In this document: positions 52,880-64,000 of the stretch, piece by piece
Layout: each line of letters starts with the position of its first letter
Numbering within the stretch: position 1 is the first letter of the stretch
Origin: Azolla caroliniana
Lineage: Eukaryota; Plantae; Polypodiophyta
Direction of reading: 5' to 3'
Length of the DNA stretch: 64,000 bases
Assembly: GCA_043228905.1 (NCBI GenBank)
Contig: JBHGNT010000001.1
Location: forward strand, 24,986,001 to 25,050,000
Made by a program: the position numbers and the translations under genes
Notes under the pieces: model-generated
What the model was told of the DNA's origin: nothing
The model's database searches: none
Seen by the model: only the letters and a program-made list of their open reading frames with translations

Positions 52880-54029
52880 TACTCCTCGCCCTTGCATGAT
52901 GGGTTTTTTCTTCTTTCTTTTTTTTCTTTATGGACATGTGTTATTCCTTTTCCATCGTATCCAGCAACACCGGATCCGTGGTAGGTTCCTCTTGGTTGCC
53001 GGCTATCCGAATACCACTTCCGGTTCCTGCTCCGTCCTCTGGTTGTTTGAACGGGTTCTGCGGCATTGGCCCGTAATACGGTTTCAGTCGGAAATCGTTT
53101 ACCCACTTCTCCAAGATTTCGCCGGCCAACATTCCTAGATGATACGACCCTTTGAACTCACGCGTTATCCAATACGGTTCAGTCCACCGGAACCATAACT
53201 TTCCCGGAATCTTGTCCATCCGGGTCTGAAATACCAGAACCGGCTTGCCAATTCCGAACATTTTCTCATTTCCCTTTCGGTGTCAGTCGACGAACGCTTT
53301 CCGTCGTCGTTGCTCGAGCTCTATATGCAGAACACTAGCTTTTTGTTGCTCTTCTAGTTCGCACAATGTCTCTAGCCGGATTTTTTTTAATTCTTTCTCA
53401 CTTAACCTTTCTTGGACTTGAATCCGCAAACATGGAATTTGAAACTCCATCGGCATCACCGCTTCCAATCCGAAAGCTAACTGGAACAGTGTTGTCCAGA
53501 TACTCGTCTTGTAAGCAATTCGGTAAGCCCATAGCGCACTCTGCAACTTTGTGTCCCAGTTGGTCCGGTTTTCATTGACTATTTTCCGGAGGATGTTCTG
53601 CAAGGTCTTGTTGGTGGATTCGGCCAATCTGTTGGCCTACGGATAATATGGTGTACTCCGCTTGTGCACCACCGCAAAAAATGACGTTAAGCTCTCCACC
53701 ACTTGTTCGAGGAAGTGTCAACCTTGATCACTGATCAATTCGATCAGACATCCATACCGGCACCTGATGTACTCATATAGGAACTTGGTCATTGATGCCG
53801 CGGTATTGTCTCGGAGTGCCTTTGCTTCAACCCACTTTGTGCAGTAGTCCGTTGGAACAATAATATACCGGTTTCCGGTCCTCATTGCCAGAGGCTTGAA
53901 GGGTCCAACGAAGTTCAATCCCCATTTTTGAAACGGCTCCAATGGTAACACCGGCTGATGCGGCAACCTTGCTTGCTCTGTTGGTTGGCCCATTCGTTGA
54001 CATAAGTTGCATTCCTTTCCATACCGCAT
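52880..54029 (-). pseudogene. Non-chromoviral gypsy integrase (core and C-terminus)
   Basis: CNLCQR...PFQKWGLNFVGP...TDYCTKWVEA...SDQG...AESTNK...ALWAYR...KLWFRWTEPY. Confidence 0.88.
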
Positions 54030-57000
54030 TGTAAAAGAATACGTGTGTGGAAGCGTATGCGAAAGTCATAGAGTACACGGTTCAGAAGTACGATAGTTCA
54101 ATAAAACACAGAAAACCAAATCATATTCAAAAATAATTCTCTGTATGTTCTCTATACATACTTCGTGCTCATTGAGCACCTTTTATACAAGCCCTAACAA
54201 TTGGGCTGACACAAGTACTTACAGTACTTGACCGCTCATAAATGAGCATCCTACACTTACTCCCAAAATTATTCCTTACGAGGAATAACATTCTAACGGC
54301 CTCTCGGTTTACATACCGCTACGACCATATTTTGAGTATGATTTTACACACCCAGTCTACGCACTGGGTTACACACCCAATGTTGAGCTCGTTTCTCAAC
54401 ACTCCCCCTCAAGCTCAACTTGAGGTTCCATATGCTTTTCCGGATCTTCACTCCGGCCACTCTTGGCTTCACGGCTCGCTTGTGCTCCTCAACCTGTTCA
54501 ATTTTGCATGCTTTGACCCTTCCGATCGGCTTGTCTGCTTATGCGACCATTCTCAGTTCCCTTGTTGTCGCGGTGTTGGCGCCTCTTTCGCTGCCCTTTC
54601 CTCCACTTAGCCCTCAGTCGATTCGTAATGTCTAAATCGAACATTTCGATTGAATCGGTCACTTCCGATTCAATTCCACTTTCACCCAAATTGGTTGTCT
54701 CCAATTCGTCTTCTGTTTTCAGGCCCTTCACAACATCAAACCATGTCTTGGTCTTGGCCTTTACGCCCTTCTTGGTTTTATTTCCCCTTTGTTTGGCTAT
54801 CTTCGGCTCTTCCTTGCGATTACGGCCCCTGTTTTCTTCTTCGGCTTCTTCAGCCAGCCCGAAATCGAATTCTTCATCCGATTTGGCATCGTGGTCACTA
54901 CTGCTCCTTACACACTCCTGTTTTTGTCTCTCCCTCAAGTTCAGCGTGTCGAGGTGACACAAACCCAACTCACCTAAGAAATATCGTAACTTGTCGAGAC
55001 CAAGGGGCTTGATGAAGATGTCGGCAATCTGTCGACGCGTTGGAACATACGCCAATTCGACTTCACAAAAAAGGACACGCTCGTGGAGAAAATGGTAGTG
55101 CACCACAATGTGCTTGGCCCGGTCGTGGAATACAAGGTTCTTCACAAGCTGGATATTCCTGAGGTTGTCGCAATAGATCATCGTCGGATCAAACACCACC
55201 ACATGTAGATCCCATAATAGTCGTTTCAACCAAATGACTTCTCACGTAACGACAGTCGTCCCTCAATATTCAGCGTCCGTGCTCGACATCGCTACTGTCG
55301 GCTGGTTCTTACTGCTCCACGCGATCGCCCGCGATCATAGATCCACATTCTCCTTGGGAAGTGCGGCGATCGCGTGGAGCAGTAAGAACCAGCCGACAGT
55401 AGCGATGTCGAGCACGGAGGCCGAATATTGAGGGACGACTGTCGTTATGTGAGAAGTCATTTGGTTGAAACGACTATTACGGGATCTACATGTGGTGGTG
55501 TTTGATCCGACGATGATCTATTGCGACAACCTCAGCAATATCCAGCTTGTGAAGAACCCTGTATTCCACATTGAGACCAAGCACATTGAGGTGCACTACC
55601 ATTTTGTCCACGAGCGTGTCCTTTTTTGTGAAGTCGAATTGGCGTATGTTCCAACGCGTCGACAGATTGCCGACATCTTCACCAAGCCCCTTGGTCTCGA
55701 CAAGTTACGATATTTCTTGGGTGAGCTGGGTTTGTGTCACCTCGACACGCCGAACTTGAGGGAGAGACAGAAACAAGAGTGTGTAAGGAGCGGTAGTGAC
55801 CATGATGCCGAATCGGATGAAGAATTCGATTTCGGGCTGGCTGAAGAAGCTGAAGAAGAAAACAGGGACCGTAATCGCAAGGAAGAGCCGAAGATAGCCA
55901 AACAAAGGGGAAATACAACCAAGAAGGGCGTAAAGGCCAAGACCAAGACGTGGTTTGATGTTGTGAAGGGCCTGAAAACAGAAGACGAATTGTTTGGCTA
56001 CGCCTACCCGATACAACAATGCCATCTCTTTCGTGCCACTGACATATCGTAATATCCTTTGCGTGCACTAAAGGTGTTCGGTCGTGGGCTACGACATAAA
56101 TTGACTGATCATTCCGACCGGATAGTTGAGGTCCGGCCGAGTGATCATCAAGTAGATGAGGCTTCCGACAATCTGTTTGAACCATGTCAGGTCGCACACC
56201 TTTCCCGAATCTCGACGAAGCTTTACGTTTCTATCTAGAGGGGTCAAGATGGTAATGACATTGCCTAATAAATATGCCTTCGGGGGAACGGATCACTTCG
56301 ATCCCGAGGAAGTAATGAAGGTTGCCAAGATCCTTCATTTCGAACGATGTTGCATGTTGAGACTTTACGCGGCCGATTTCTTCCAAGTCGGCACCCGCGA
56401 TGACTAAATCATCAACATACAGTAGAAGGCTAACCGGTCCATGTTGACCTTGCCGAGTGAACAATGAAAAGTCTTATTTGGACGTCGTAAACCCCATACT
56501 ACACAACCATTGCGTAATCTTCGCGTTCCAAGCTCGCGGGGCTTGCTTAAATCTATATTACGCCTTCTTCAATTGGCAAACTGCCGAAGTGTTCTGTTCA
56601 AATAGAAATCCATGGGGTTGTAGCATGTACACCTGTTCCTCAAGATCACCTTGCAGGAACACATTCTTTACATCTATCTCATGTAAGTGCCACCCAATCG
56701 CCGCTACTACGACTAGCAAGACACGCACGATAGTCATCTTCTTGACATGCGCGAAGGTCTCATAGTAATCGACGTCGTGCTTCTGCTCATAGCCTTTCAC
56801 AGCCAACCGGGCCTTATATCGATTGACGGAGCCGTCGGTGTTGTATTTCAGCTTATACACCCATCTACATCCGATCGGCTTTACACCCTTCGATGCGTCA
56901 ACTAGGTCCCAAGTCTCGTTGTCCGTTAAGACATGCATCTCTTCCTCCATCGCAGTATGCCAATTCGCGTCTTCCACCGCTTCTGCGTAGCTCTCCGGCT

Positions 57001-57830
57001 CACACACTTCCGCCACGCACGTCATGTACGCATAATGATGCGCCATGTACTCATTATTCTCGTACCTCTATACGGGGTTCTTCAAGCGGGTAGATCGGCG
57101 TAATTCAAGATTACCTGATTTCATGACCTTTTCGGTCGATTTTGACCTCTTCTGCGGAGGTTCCTTCACGATTGGCCCGAAGTCACATTCGCTCCGATCT
57201 AACTCAGCACTGCCGAAATCGTATTTTGACATTTTCTTCTTCCCTTTTTCTTTAGGCGTAAGCCGTCTCCTCGGATCTTTACGCGGGGACAACACGGCCA
57301 AGTCTCAACTACTCGTCGGCTCTTCATTTGGTTGCCCATATCGGCTTAACCCCTCATTCGGCCCGCTTAGCCAAAATGAGATCGGACTCTCTGTCAGAGT
57401 TCCGATTTCCTCATCATGCGAAGGCAACTCGGCCTCGATGACCTCTTCTTCATAATTCGGAATGGAGTCATGAGGTATTGGAGGTGAAGACAAGTACCAC
57501 GAAGTGAACTCATCGAACACGACATCTCGGCTTATGTGAACTTCCGTGGGTTATAGCACTTATACCCCTTTTGTTCGTCTGAATAGCTGACAAAGATGCA
57601 CTTTTCGGCTTTGGCATCCAGCTTCCTCCATTTCTCCTTCAGCACATGCATGTACACGATGCTGCCGAAAATCCTCAAGTGTGCCAAGTTCAGCTTCCTT
57701 CCGAAATACAACTCATGTGGTGAAACTCCTCCATTTGCAGAAGTCCGATTCTGCAAGTAAACAACCGTTCTCACGGCTTCAGCCCAATAAAACTTCGGCA
57801 TATGCTTCTCTTCAAGCATTGCCCTGACCG
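54030..57830 (-). mobile_element. Copia 3' half (integrase end, RT, RNase H, PPT, 3' LTR 54030-54401), rearranged
   Basis: KCIFVSYS..KGYKCYNP; RT with LYVDD; RNase H with extension 55229-54498; PPT 54402-54413. Confidence 0.9.
54702..55992. repeat. Long inverted repeat: 628-bp arms (54702-55329, 55365-55992) with a 35-bp spacer
   Basis: Near-identical translations on opposite strands (ORFs 54498-55229 minus and 55465-56052 plus); arm ends match by reverse complement. Confidence 0.95.
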
Positions 57831-57925
57831 CTTCTTTGATTGCTCGATTCCTCATGGCATCCATTTCTTCTTCGATTGTCCAATCCCTTCATGGCATCCT
57901 TGCACGATAATTTGACCTTCCTCTT

Positions 57926-60853
57926 TGTTGAGAGACAAGCTCAACATTGGGTGCGTAAACGGATGTGCAACCTAGTGTGTAGACTGGGTGCGTAAAACCG
58001 TACGCAAAATATGGCCGTGGCGGTGTTTAAACCGACAAGTCGTTAGAACGTTATTCCTCGTAAGGAATAGTTTTGGGAGTTAGTGTAGAAGGCTCATTTA
58101 TGAGCGGTCAAGTATTGTCAGTACTTGTGTCAACCCGATATTCAAGGCTTGTATAAAAGGTGCTAACTGAGCACGAAGTATGTATAGAGAACATACAGAG
58201 AATTAATTTTGAATATAGTTTTGTATTTTTTGCTCACTCTGTCTCTCCCCTCCTTCTCTGTTATTTCTGCATTTTATTGAACTATTGTACTTCTGAACCG
58301 TGTACTCTATGCTCTTACACATACGCTTCCGCACACATACTCTTTTACATGGTATCAGAGCGTGAGGGTTGAGACTCCTCTACAGCCTGCGATAAAGACA
58401 GAGTTAAGCTTTTGTTTTCGGAAAGGATAAGACAGCAGTATGGACAGAGGAATGGGAAGGTCACTACCGACTGAGAAGCTCGACAGGAGCAACTATGCAT
58501 CTTGGTCATACGAGATGCACCAATATCTGCTTGGCCATGGTTACTGGAGTAATGTCGAAGGAGCTAATGATGGAGCATGCGAATCAACACACAAAGACTT
58601 TCCGGCTTGGGAACATGCAGCAAGCAGAGTCCTTTACTGCTTTGCATCCTGTGTGAGCAACTAGCTCTTGAGCTACATTCTGGATGATAAAACGCCAAAT
58701 GACGCGTGCACGAATCTCAAGAGGATTTTCCCCGCTAGCACAACGGCCAGGAAGCTGCAGCTCAGATAGGAGCTCAGCAATGTCCGACAAAAAGATCGGT
58801 ATGTGGCCGACTACACGGCCCGAATCGAGGAGATCTATGATTCCCTCACCTCCGTCAACGTGAATGTCGAGCAGGACGAAATGGTGTAGGTTTGTCTTGG
58901 ACGGTTAGCGTCAAAGTTCGGAGTATTCCGAACAATAGTCTGCACAAGGGAGATTACGCCTTCGTTCTTCGAGCTTCAATCGATGTTGCTCATGGAGGAA
59001 AATCACGCGGGTGCGTCAACGAGTACGCATACCGATAGCAAGATGTTGTACACGGAGGAAGATAGGCCCTGTAGTCGTGGCGGATGAGGCGGATCGGCGT
59101 GCAATGGAGGTAGTCGAAATGAGCAAAACATGCGGCATAATCGAAATGTCGGAAGCAATTCCGAACCCTCCGGAAGTAGGGGGAGCCATAGTGGCGCTAG
59201 AAGCAGGCAAGAGAAGGCCATGACGGAATGCTAGTACTTTGGCAAGAAAGGCCACAAGGAGAGTGAGTGCTAGAAGAAGAGAGACAATTCGGACAAAGCC
59301 GAATCGACCAAAAGAGACGCAGGAAGGCATCAGAAATCACACTACGCCGAAGGCTCTGAACAACACTGAAATGGATTGGGCCCAGCCTTTGTAATGAAGC
59401 ACAAGGCAAATTTGATGGCCGTGAACACCTCGAAATCGAGCGAGGTGTGGTATGTTGATTCCGGAGTGTCAAATCATATGAGGAGTCATGACGAATGGTT
59501 CTTGTACTTGGACAAACCGGAAAAACAAGGAGTGGTCAAAACGGGAGACAATGCTCCGTATACCATCGAACATGTCGGAGAAGTTCCTCTCAACCACATC
59601 GGGCAGAAAGGGAAACCTATGAACGTGTTGCACGTCCCGACAATAACCAAGAACCTAGTGTCAGTCAGTCAAATCGTCGACCAGGGGATGCAAGTTCGAT
59701 TCACGCACCTCGGGTGCTACCTCGAAGAGGAAGACCAAGTTATCGCGCAAGGGCGTCGTGAAGGGAGGACGTTCATCCTTGACACCAATCAAGTCGGAAC
59801 CGCGTTGTTTGCTACAGGACAGAAGGTCGAGTCGGACATCGACCTATGGCACAAGCGGTTTGGCCATCTTAACTTGCCACGGCTTCGTGAAATGCAGACG
59901 AAGAACATTGTTTTCGGTTTGCCGAAATTTCGAGGCCGTAATGGCCAAGTCTACGAAGCCTACCAACTAGGAAAGCAACACCGACTTCCATTCCCCAATG
60001 AGCATAATCGTAGTCGAAATCCACTTCGTAGCCTTCATCGATGACTTCACTCAGCATATCTAGGCATGCTTGATCGCGAAAAAGAGCAAAGTCTTCACGT
60101 GGTTCCTGAAGGTGAGGAGCCTTGTGGAAAAGGAAATTGGACAAAAGATCAAGTGCCTATGGTCCGATGGCGGGAAGGAGTACTTCTCCGACCAGTTCAC
60201 AAGTTATCTACAGAACGAGGGAATTTGACGTGAATTCTCGTGTAGATATACGCCAGAGCAGAATGGCATAGCCGCCAGGGCAATGCTTGAAGAGAAGCAT
60301 ATGCCGAAGTTTTATTGGGCTAAAGCCGTAAAGACGGCTATTTACTTGCAGAATCGAACCTCTGCTAATGGAGGAGTGTCGCCACACGAGTTGTATTACG
60401 GAAAGAGGCCGAACTTGGCACACTTGAGGATTTTCGGCAACATTGCGTACGTGCAAGTGCCAAAGGAGAAACGGAGGAAGCTGGACGCCAAAGCCAAAAA
60501 GTGCATATTAGTCGGCTATTCTGACGAACAAAAGGGGTATAAGTGCTATAACCCCTAACAAAGGAAGTTCGTGTAAGCCAAGATGTCGTGTTCGATGAGT
60601 CCGCTTCGTGGTACTTGCCTTCGCCTCGAATCCCTAATGACTCCATTCCGAATTCTGAAGAAGAGGTCAGCGAGGTTGAGTTGCCTCCATGTGATGAGGA
60701 AATCGGATGTCTAACAGAGAGTCTGATCTCATTTCGGCTAAGCGGGCCGGATGAGGGGTTCAGCCGAGATGGCCAACCAAATGAAGAGTCGGCGAGTATT
60801 GGAGACTCGGTCGTGTTGTCCCCGCGCAAAGAGCCGAGGAGACGGTTTACACA
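57926..60853 (+). mobile_element. Copia 5' half (LTR 57926-58349, PBS, gag, protease, integrase)
   Basis: TGTTGAG...TTACA; PBS TGGTATCAGAGC 58350-58361; MDRGMGR gag start at 58440; WYVDSGVSNHM; WHKRFGH; many stops. Confidence 0.92.
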
Positions 60854-60854
60854 T

Positions 60855-63310
60855 TGTCACGTTGTTACGCGCGTGCAGGTAGAAGGGGCGGGACCACGGG
60901 GGTCTCGGACTAGGGAGTAGAGGAGAAAGAATAAGACATGATATGGAGGCTTAGCTCAAGAGGAGAAGAGGAAAGAATAAGACCATGACATAGAAGGAGA
61001 GATCGGCGGAGGCAAGAAACTCAACAAGTTATGTTAAAAGGAACGAACGATTACCACAATGTTGGCCGCATGGACCGCACCAAAACTATGAGAAAACCCT
61101 AACCGAAACCCTAACCCTAAAGCAGTAAGAACTCTAGACTAAGTGGTATACCTCTCATACGCAAAATAGGCAACCCTTTCATAAGTGACCCCTCCCTTCC
61201 TGTTATAGCCCAAGGAGGGACCTTACAATGTGGGATAAAATTTCCCATCTTATTTCTATACACCATTCCCTAGTACACGTGTGCACATGTTGCTCACCAC
61301 CGACTTGCCCATTCCACCCCGGTTTCACACTATAGCCGGAAATCTTCACGACATCCACCCCCACCAAACCGCACATCCACCGGTATGTGCCAAGAAAGGA
61401 AAAGGGTGAGAAATTTCGGCGACGGTGATCAACCGGGTCTTTCGCCTTACCGGCACCCAATCGTCTTGCCGGTCCCTTGTCGGCGCCGATCCGTCTTGCC
61501 GGCTCCTTACCGGCCCCGACCCGTCGACTCCATCCGATCCACCATGTCCACCGCGTGTCCCCGAACCGTCGGCTCCATCCGATCCGCCATATCCGATGTT
61601 CGCACGTTCCTTCCCGATCAGTCCTCCCGAACGTCGTTGCCGACTCGGTCACCTCGACTTTTTCCACCACGTATGTTCTCTTATTGGGCCCCTGGTCACT
61701 CCAATCGCACAACGGATTCCGCGTACCGCGTACTGCGTGTGTCCCTCCTTCGGTTCGACCGTCTCCTCCTCTCGAATACCTTGTGCCGACTCCTTCCATC
61801 CCGCGCTCGCCTCCCATAGGCTCTTTCCATGTGTCGTCATTGTCCTCCGAATACGCGCTCATTCTTTGGCCCTTAGGCGACCCCATTCCGCACTCCTTGC
61901 TTCTCCTTTGCTCTCCGTGCCCTCTCACCGTAGAGTGTACCGTCATCCCGACCTCCGTGTCGGTGTCCCTCAAGGATCTCGTTAATGGCTTGCCTCGACT
62001 TGCACCCTCTTGGCCCGCTTGGCCTTGCATGCCCTCCGGGAAGCCTCTTTTTCTCTCCTCGATGCGTAGTTCTTTGCTCTCCATGCACCATCCTCCGCTC
62101 TCATCGTTCATCCGCCGATCCCGGCAACTCACCGCTCCGTCTCTTGCTACGTGCTTGCCTCTCAAAGGCTCGACCGGTCCGCCGTTGCCGGTCACTCATT
62201 GCCGCTCTTCCGGGTGCATGCTTGCTTCTTGGCCCTTCGTCGTCCGTAGTGCATGCTCCGTTTTACGTCGTAATGCATGCCTCGTGTTACACGCTTCATC
62301 CGCCACAAACCCGACCTCCGTGTCGGTCTCTTTGTTCTTCGTTGCCATAGCCCCTTCCAACTCCGGTTTGCTGTCTTGGCCCTGCTCGTCCGTCTTCCCG
62401 CATCGGATATCCACTATGATCCCCGATTCTGCATTTGCCTCCAACTCCTCGCCGCCACCCGTCGTCTCTTTGGTCTTACGTTGATCCGCAACCGCTAAAG
62501 TCTCAAGAATAGGTGTGGAGGGTCCCTCTTGCTCTCGGCCTCTCACCGATCTGTACTCGTCGTGCCCGGTTACCCTCCTTCTCGCTCTTACCGGCTCCCA
62601 TTGTAACCGTAATCGGCCGGTAAGGAGTCGATCAAACAATTACGGTCTTGCCGGTTTCTTTCGGTTTGGGCCCGGTTGACCGGCCCCCGCTTCACTCTTC
62701 TTCCGCTTCATCTTCCGGTCGAGTCGGTCCCCGACTCTCTCCTCTTTGCCACTCCCAACCTCTCCGTCAGTCCTCTTGTATATGCCCATTCCGGGCATCA
62801 CATCCTCATCTTCGTACGTGTTCGCTCCGGGCCATGCCCCCTCACAGCCACCGCCCTTCTCTCCGGTCTTTATGTATGCATTTGAGTGCAACCGCCATAG
62901 TCTCCAGCCCCTGTGTCGAGGGGTCTTGCCTTCGTCCGCTACAATCTTCGTCGTCGTCTCGGTTGCCCGCCTTCCCGCCGCCACCTTCCGTCTCTCCGAT
63001 CTCACGTGGGCTCTCGGGGCCGATCGCCGAAGTCTCTAGGACCGGTGTGGGTAAGGACCCGGCACCGCCGCTCGTTGTCCACAGCTACCCCGCCTCCGAT
63101 CACGCAAGCCTCGATTACGCTTGCCGCCGTCTCTTCCATGTCGTTGTCTTGGTTGCCCACCTTGCCGCCGCCACCACCCGTCGCTCTAGGTCTCACGCCG
63201 GCACTCGGGCCGACCGCCGGAGCCTCTAGGGCGGTGTGTGTAAGGTCATGGCACCGCCGCTTGTCCCCTCCCCACTCGATGTTTCGGGCCGCCATGTCCC
63301 GAATACGTAG
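60855..63310 (-). mobile_element. 3' LTR (61353-60855), PPT and GC-rich 3' internal region of an LTR element
   Basis: GGTGGGGGTGGA PPT (61365-61354) followed by TGTCGTGAAGAT...GTGACA; upstream GC-rich region has short repeats and no gag/pol motifs. Confidence 0.7.
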
Positions 63311-63314
63311 TTAC

Positions 63315-63763
63315 TGTCATGATATGGCAAGACTCGAACCCATGACCTTAGGTTATATGGGTCGAGCTCTTGACCATTATATCATCTATTGTAATACTTA
63401 GGATATTATTTTCATTTACATTTTGTTATAGGAATCAATGTATATTCCAGATTTTTCTGGAACATTCTAGAAGCTTCAGGATTACTCCTGAGAACACTAT
63501 AAAAGAGGGCACTAGGCATTATGTTGAACCAAATTGGTTCAATGCCAGTCTTTAGCCTCATAGCCCTTTTGTACTTACTCTTCTTATAATATATAATCTG
63601 TTATCATCATCTCTCGTCCTCGCTATCTCTCCTTTGTTTTCTTCCTCTCTCGGGAGTCTTACGCAGTCCCGTCCCCTTAGTCCTAATAGTACTTCCCTTC
63701 TCTAGTACTAATTCTCTCTCTGTTTAGTACTAATCCTATCTCTGTTTAGTACTATTCCTGACA
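63315..63763 (+). mobile_element. 5' LTR of a gypsy-type element with a non-tRNA (self-complementary) PBS
   Basis: TGTCA...TGACA termini; TATAAAA at 63498; TTGAACCAATTT at 63766-63777 is complementary to 63531-63542. Confidence 0.8.
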
Positions 63764-63834
63764 GTTTGAACCAATTTTCCCCTCTGTCTCTCTCCCTTCA
63801 TACTAATCTCTTATTTCTCTTTTCTTTTCATCCC

Positions 63835-64000
63835 ATGACCACAGTTAGCGCTCAGGAATATCAATCTATTTTCTCGGAGTTTAAATGCCTAAAAGAGAAG
63901 TTCCTTGCTTTGGAACAAGAAAATCAACAGTTGCTGGGGGATCTTCAACAAATCTCCTTAGAAAAGCAGCAAACGCAACAACAACATGGGGAACTTGCAT
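63835..64000 (+). CDS. Probable gag N-terminus (runs off the window)
   Basis: ATG about 70 bp after the LTR; open frame MTTVSAQEYQSIFSEFKCLKEKFLALEQENQQL... looks coiled-coil. Confidence 0.55.
   Translation, partial: MTTVSAQEYQSIFSEFKCLKEKFLALEQENQQLLGDLQQISLEKQQTQQQHGELA

Overview
This is eukaryotic, land-plant nuclear DNA; the TE families suggest a fern or other non-seed plant (inference). Most of the window is nested transposon debris. The only intact host gene is a two-exon CYP71-clan cytochrome P450 on the minus strand (12411-11473 + 10373-9720, about 530 aa). Around it lie three hAT-type MITEs with 8-bp TSDs, a decayed chromoviral Ty3/gypsy element (15.4-22.2 kb), several Ty1/copia elements and solo LTRs nested up to four deep, non-chromoviral gypsy pieces, and a near-intact two-ORF LINE of RTEX-like type sitting in a (GA)n microsatellite. 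The most notable signals are: (1) LINE ORF1 and ORF2 are in the same frame, separated by AAA-TAG-GGA, with no usable ORF2 AUG (candidate stop-codon readthrough); (2) a 56-nt-periodic hairpin array with a compensatory base change lies inside a putative intron of the chromovirus leader; (3) a Tf1-like self-priming PBS follows the last LTR; (4) a 628-bp-arm inverted repeat is built from copia RNase H sequence. All coordinates were read by eye and may be off by a few bases.
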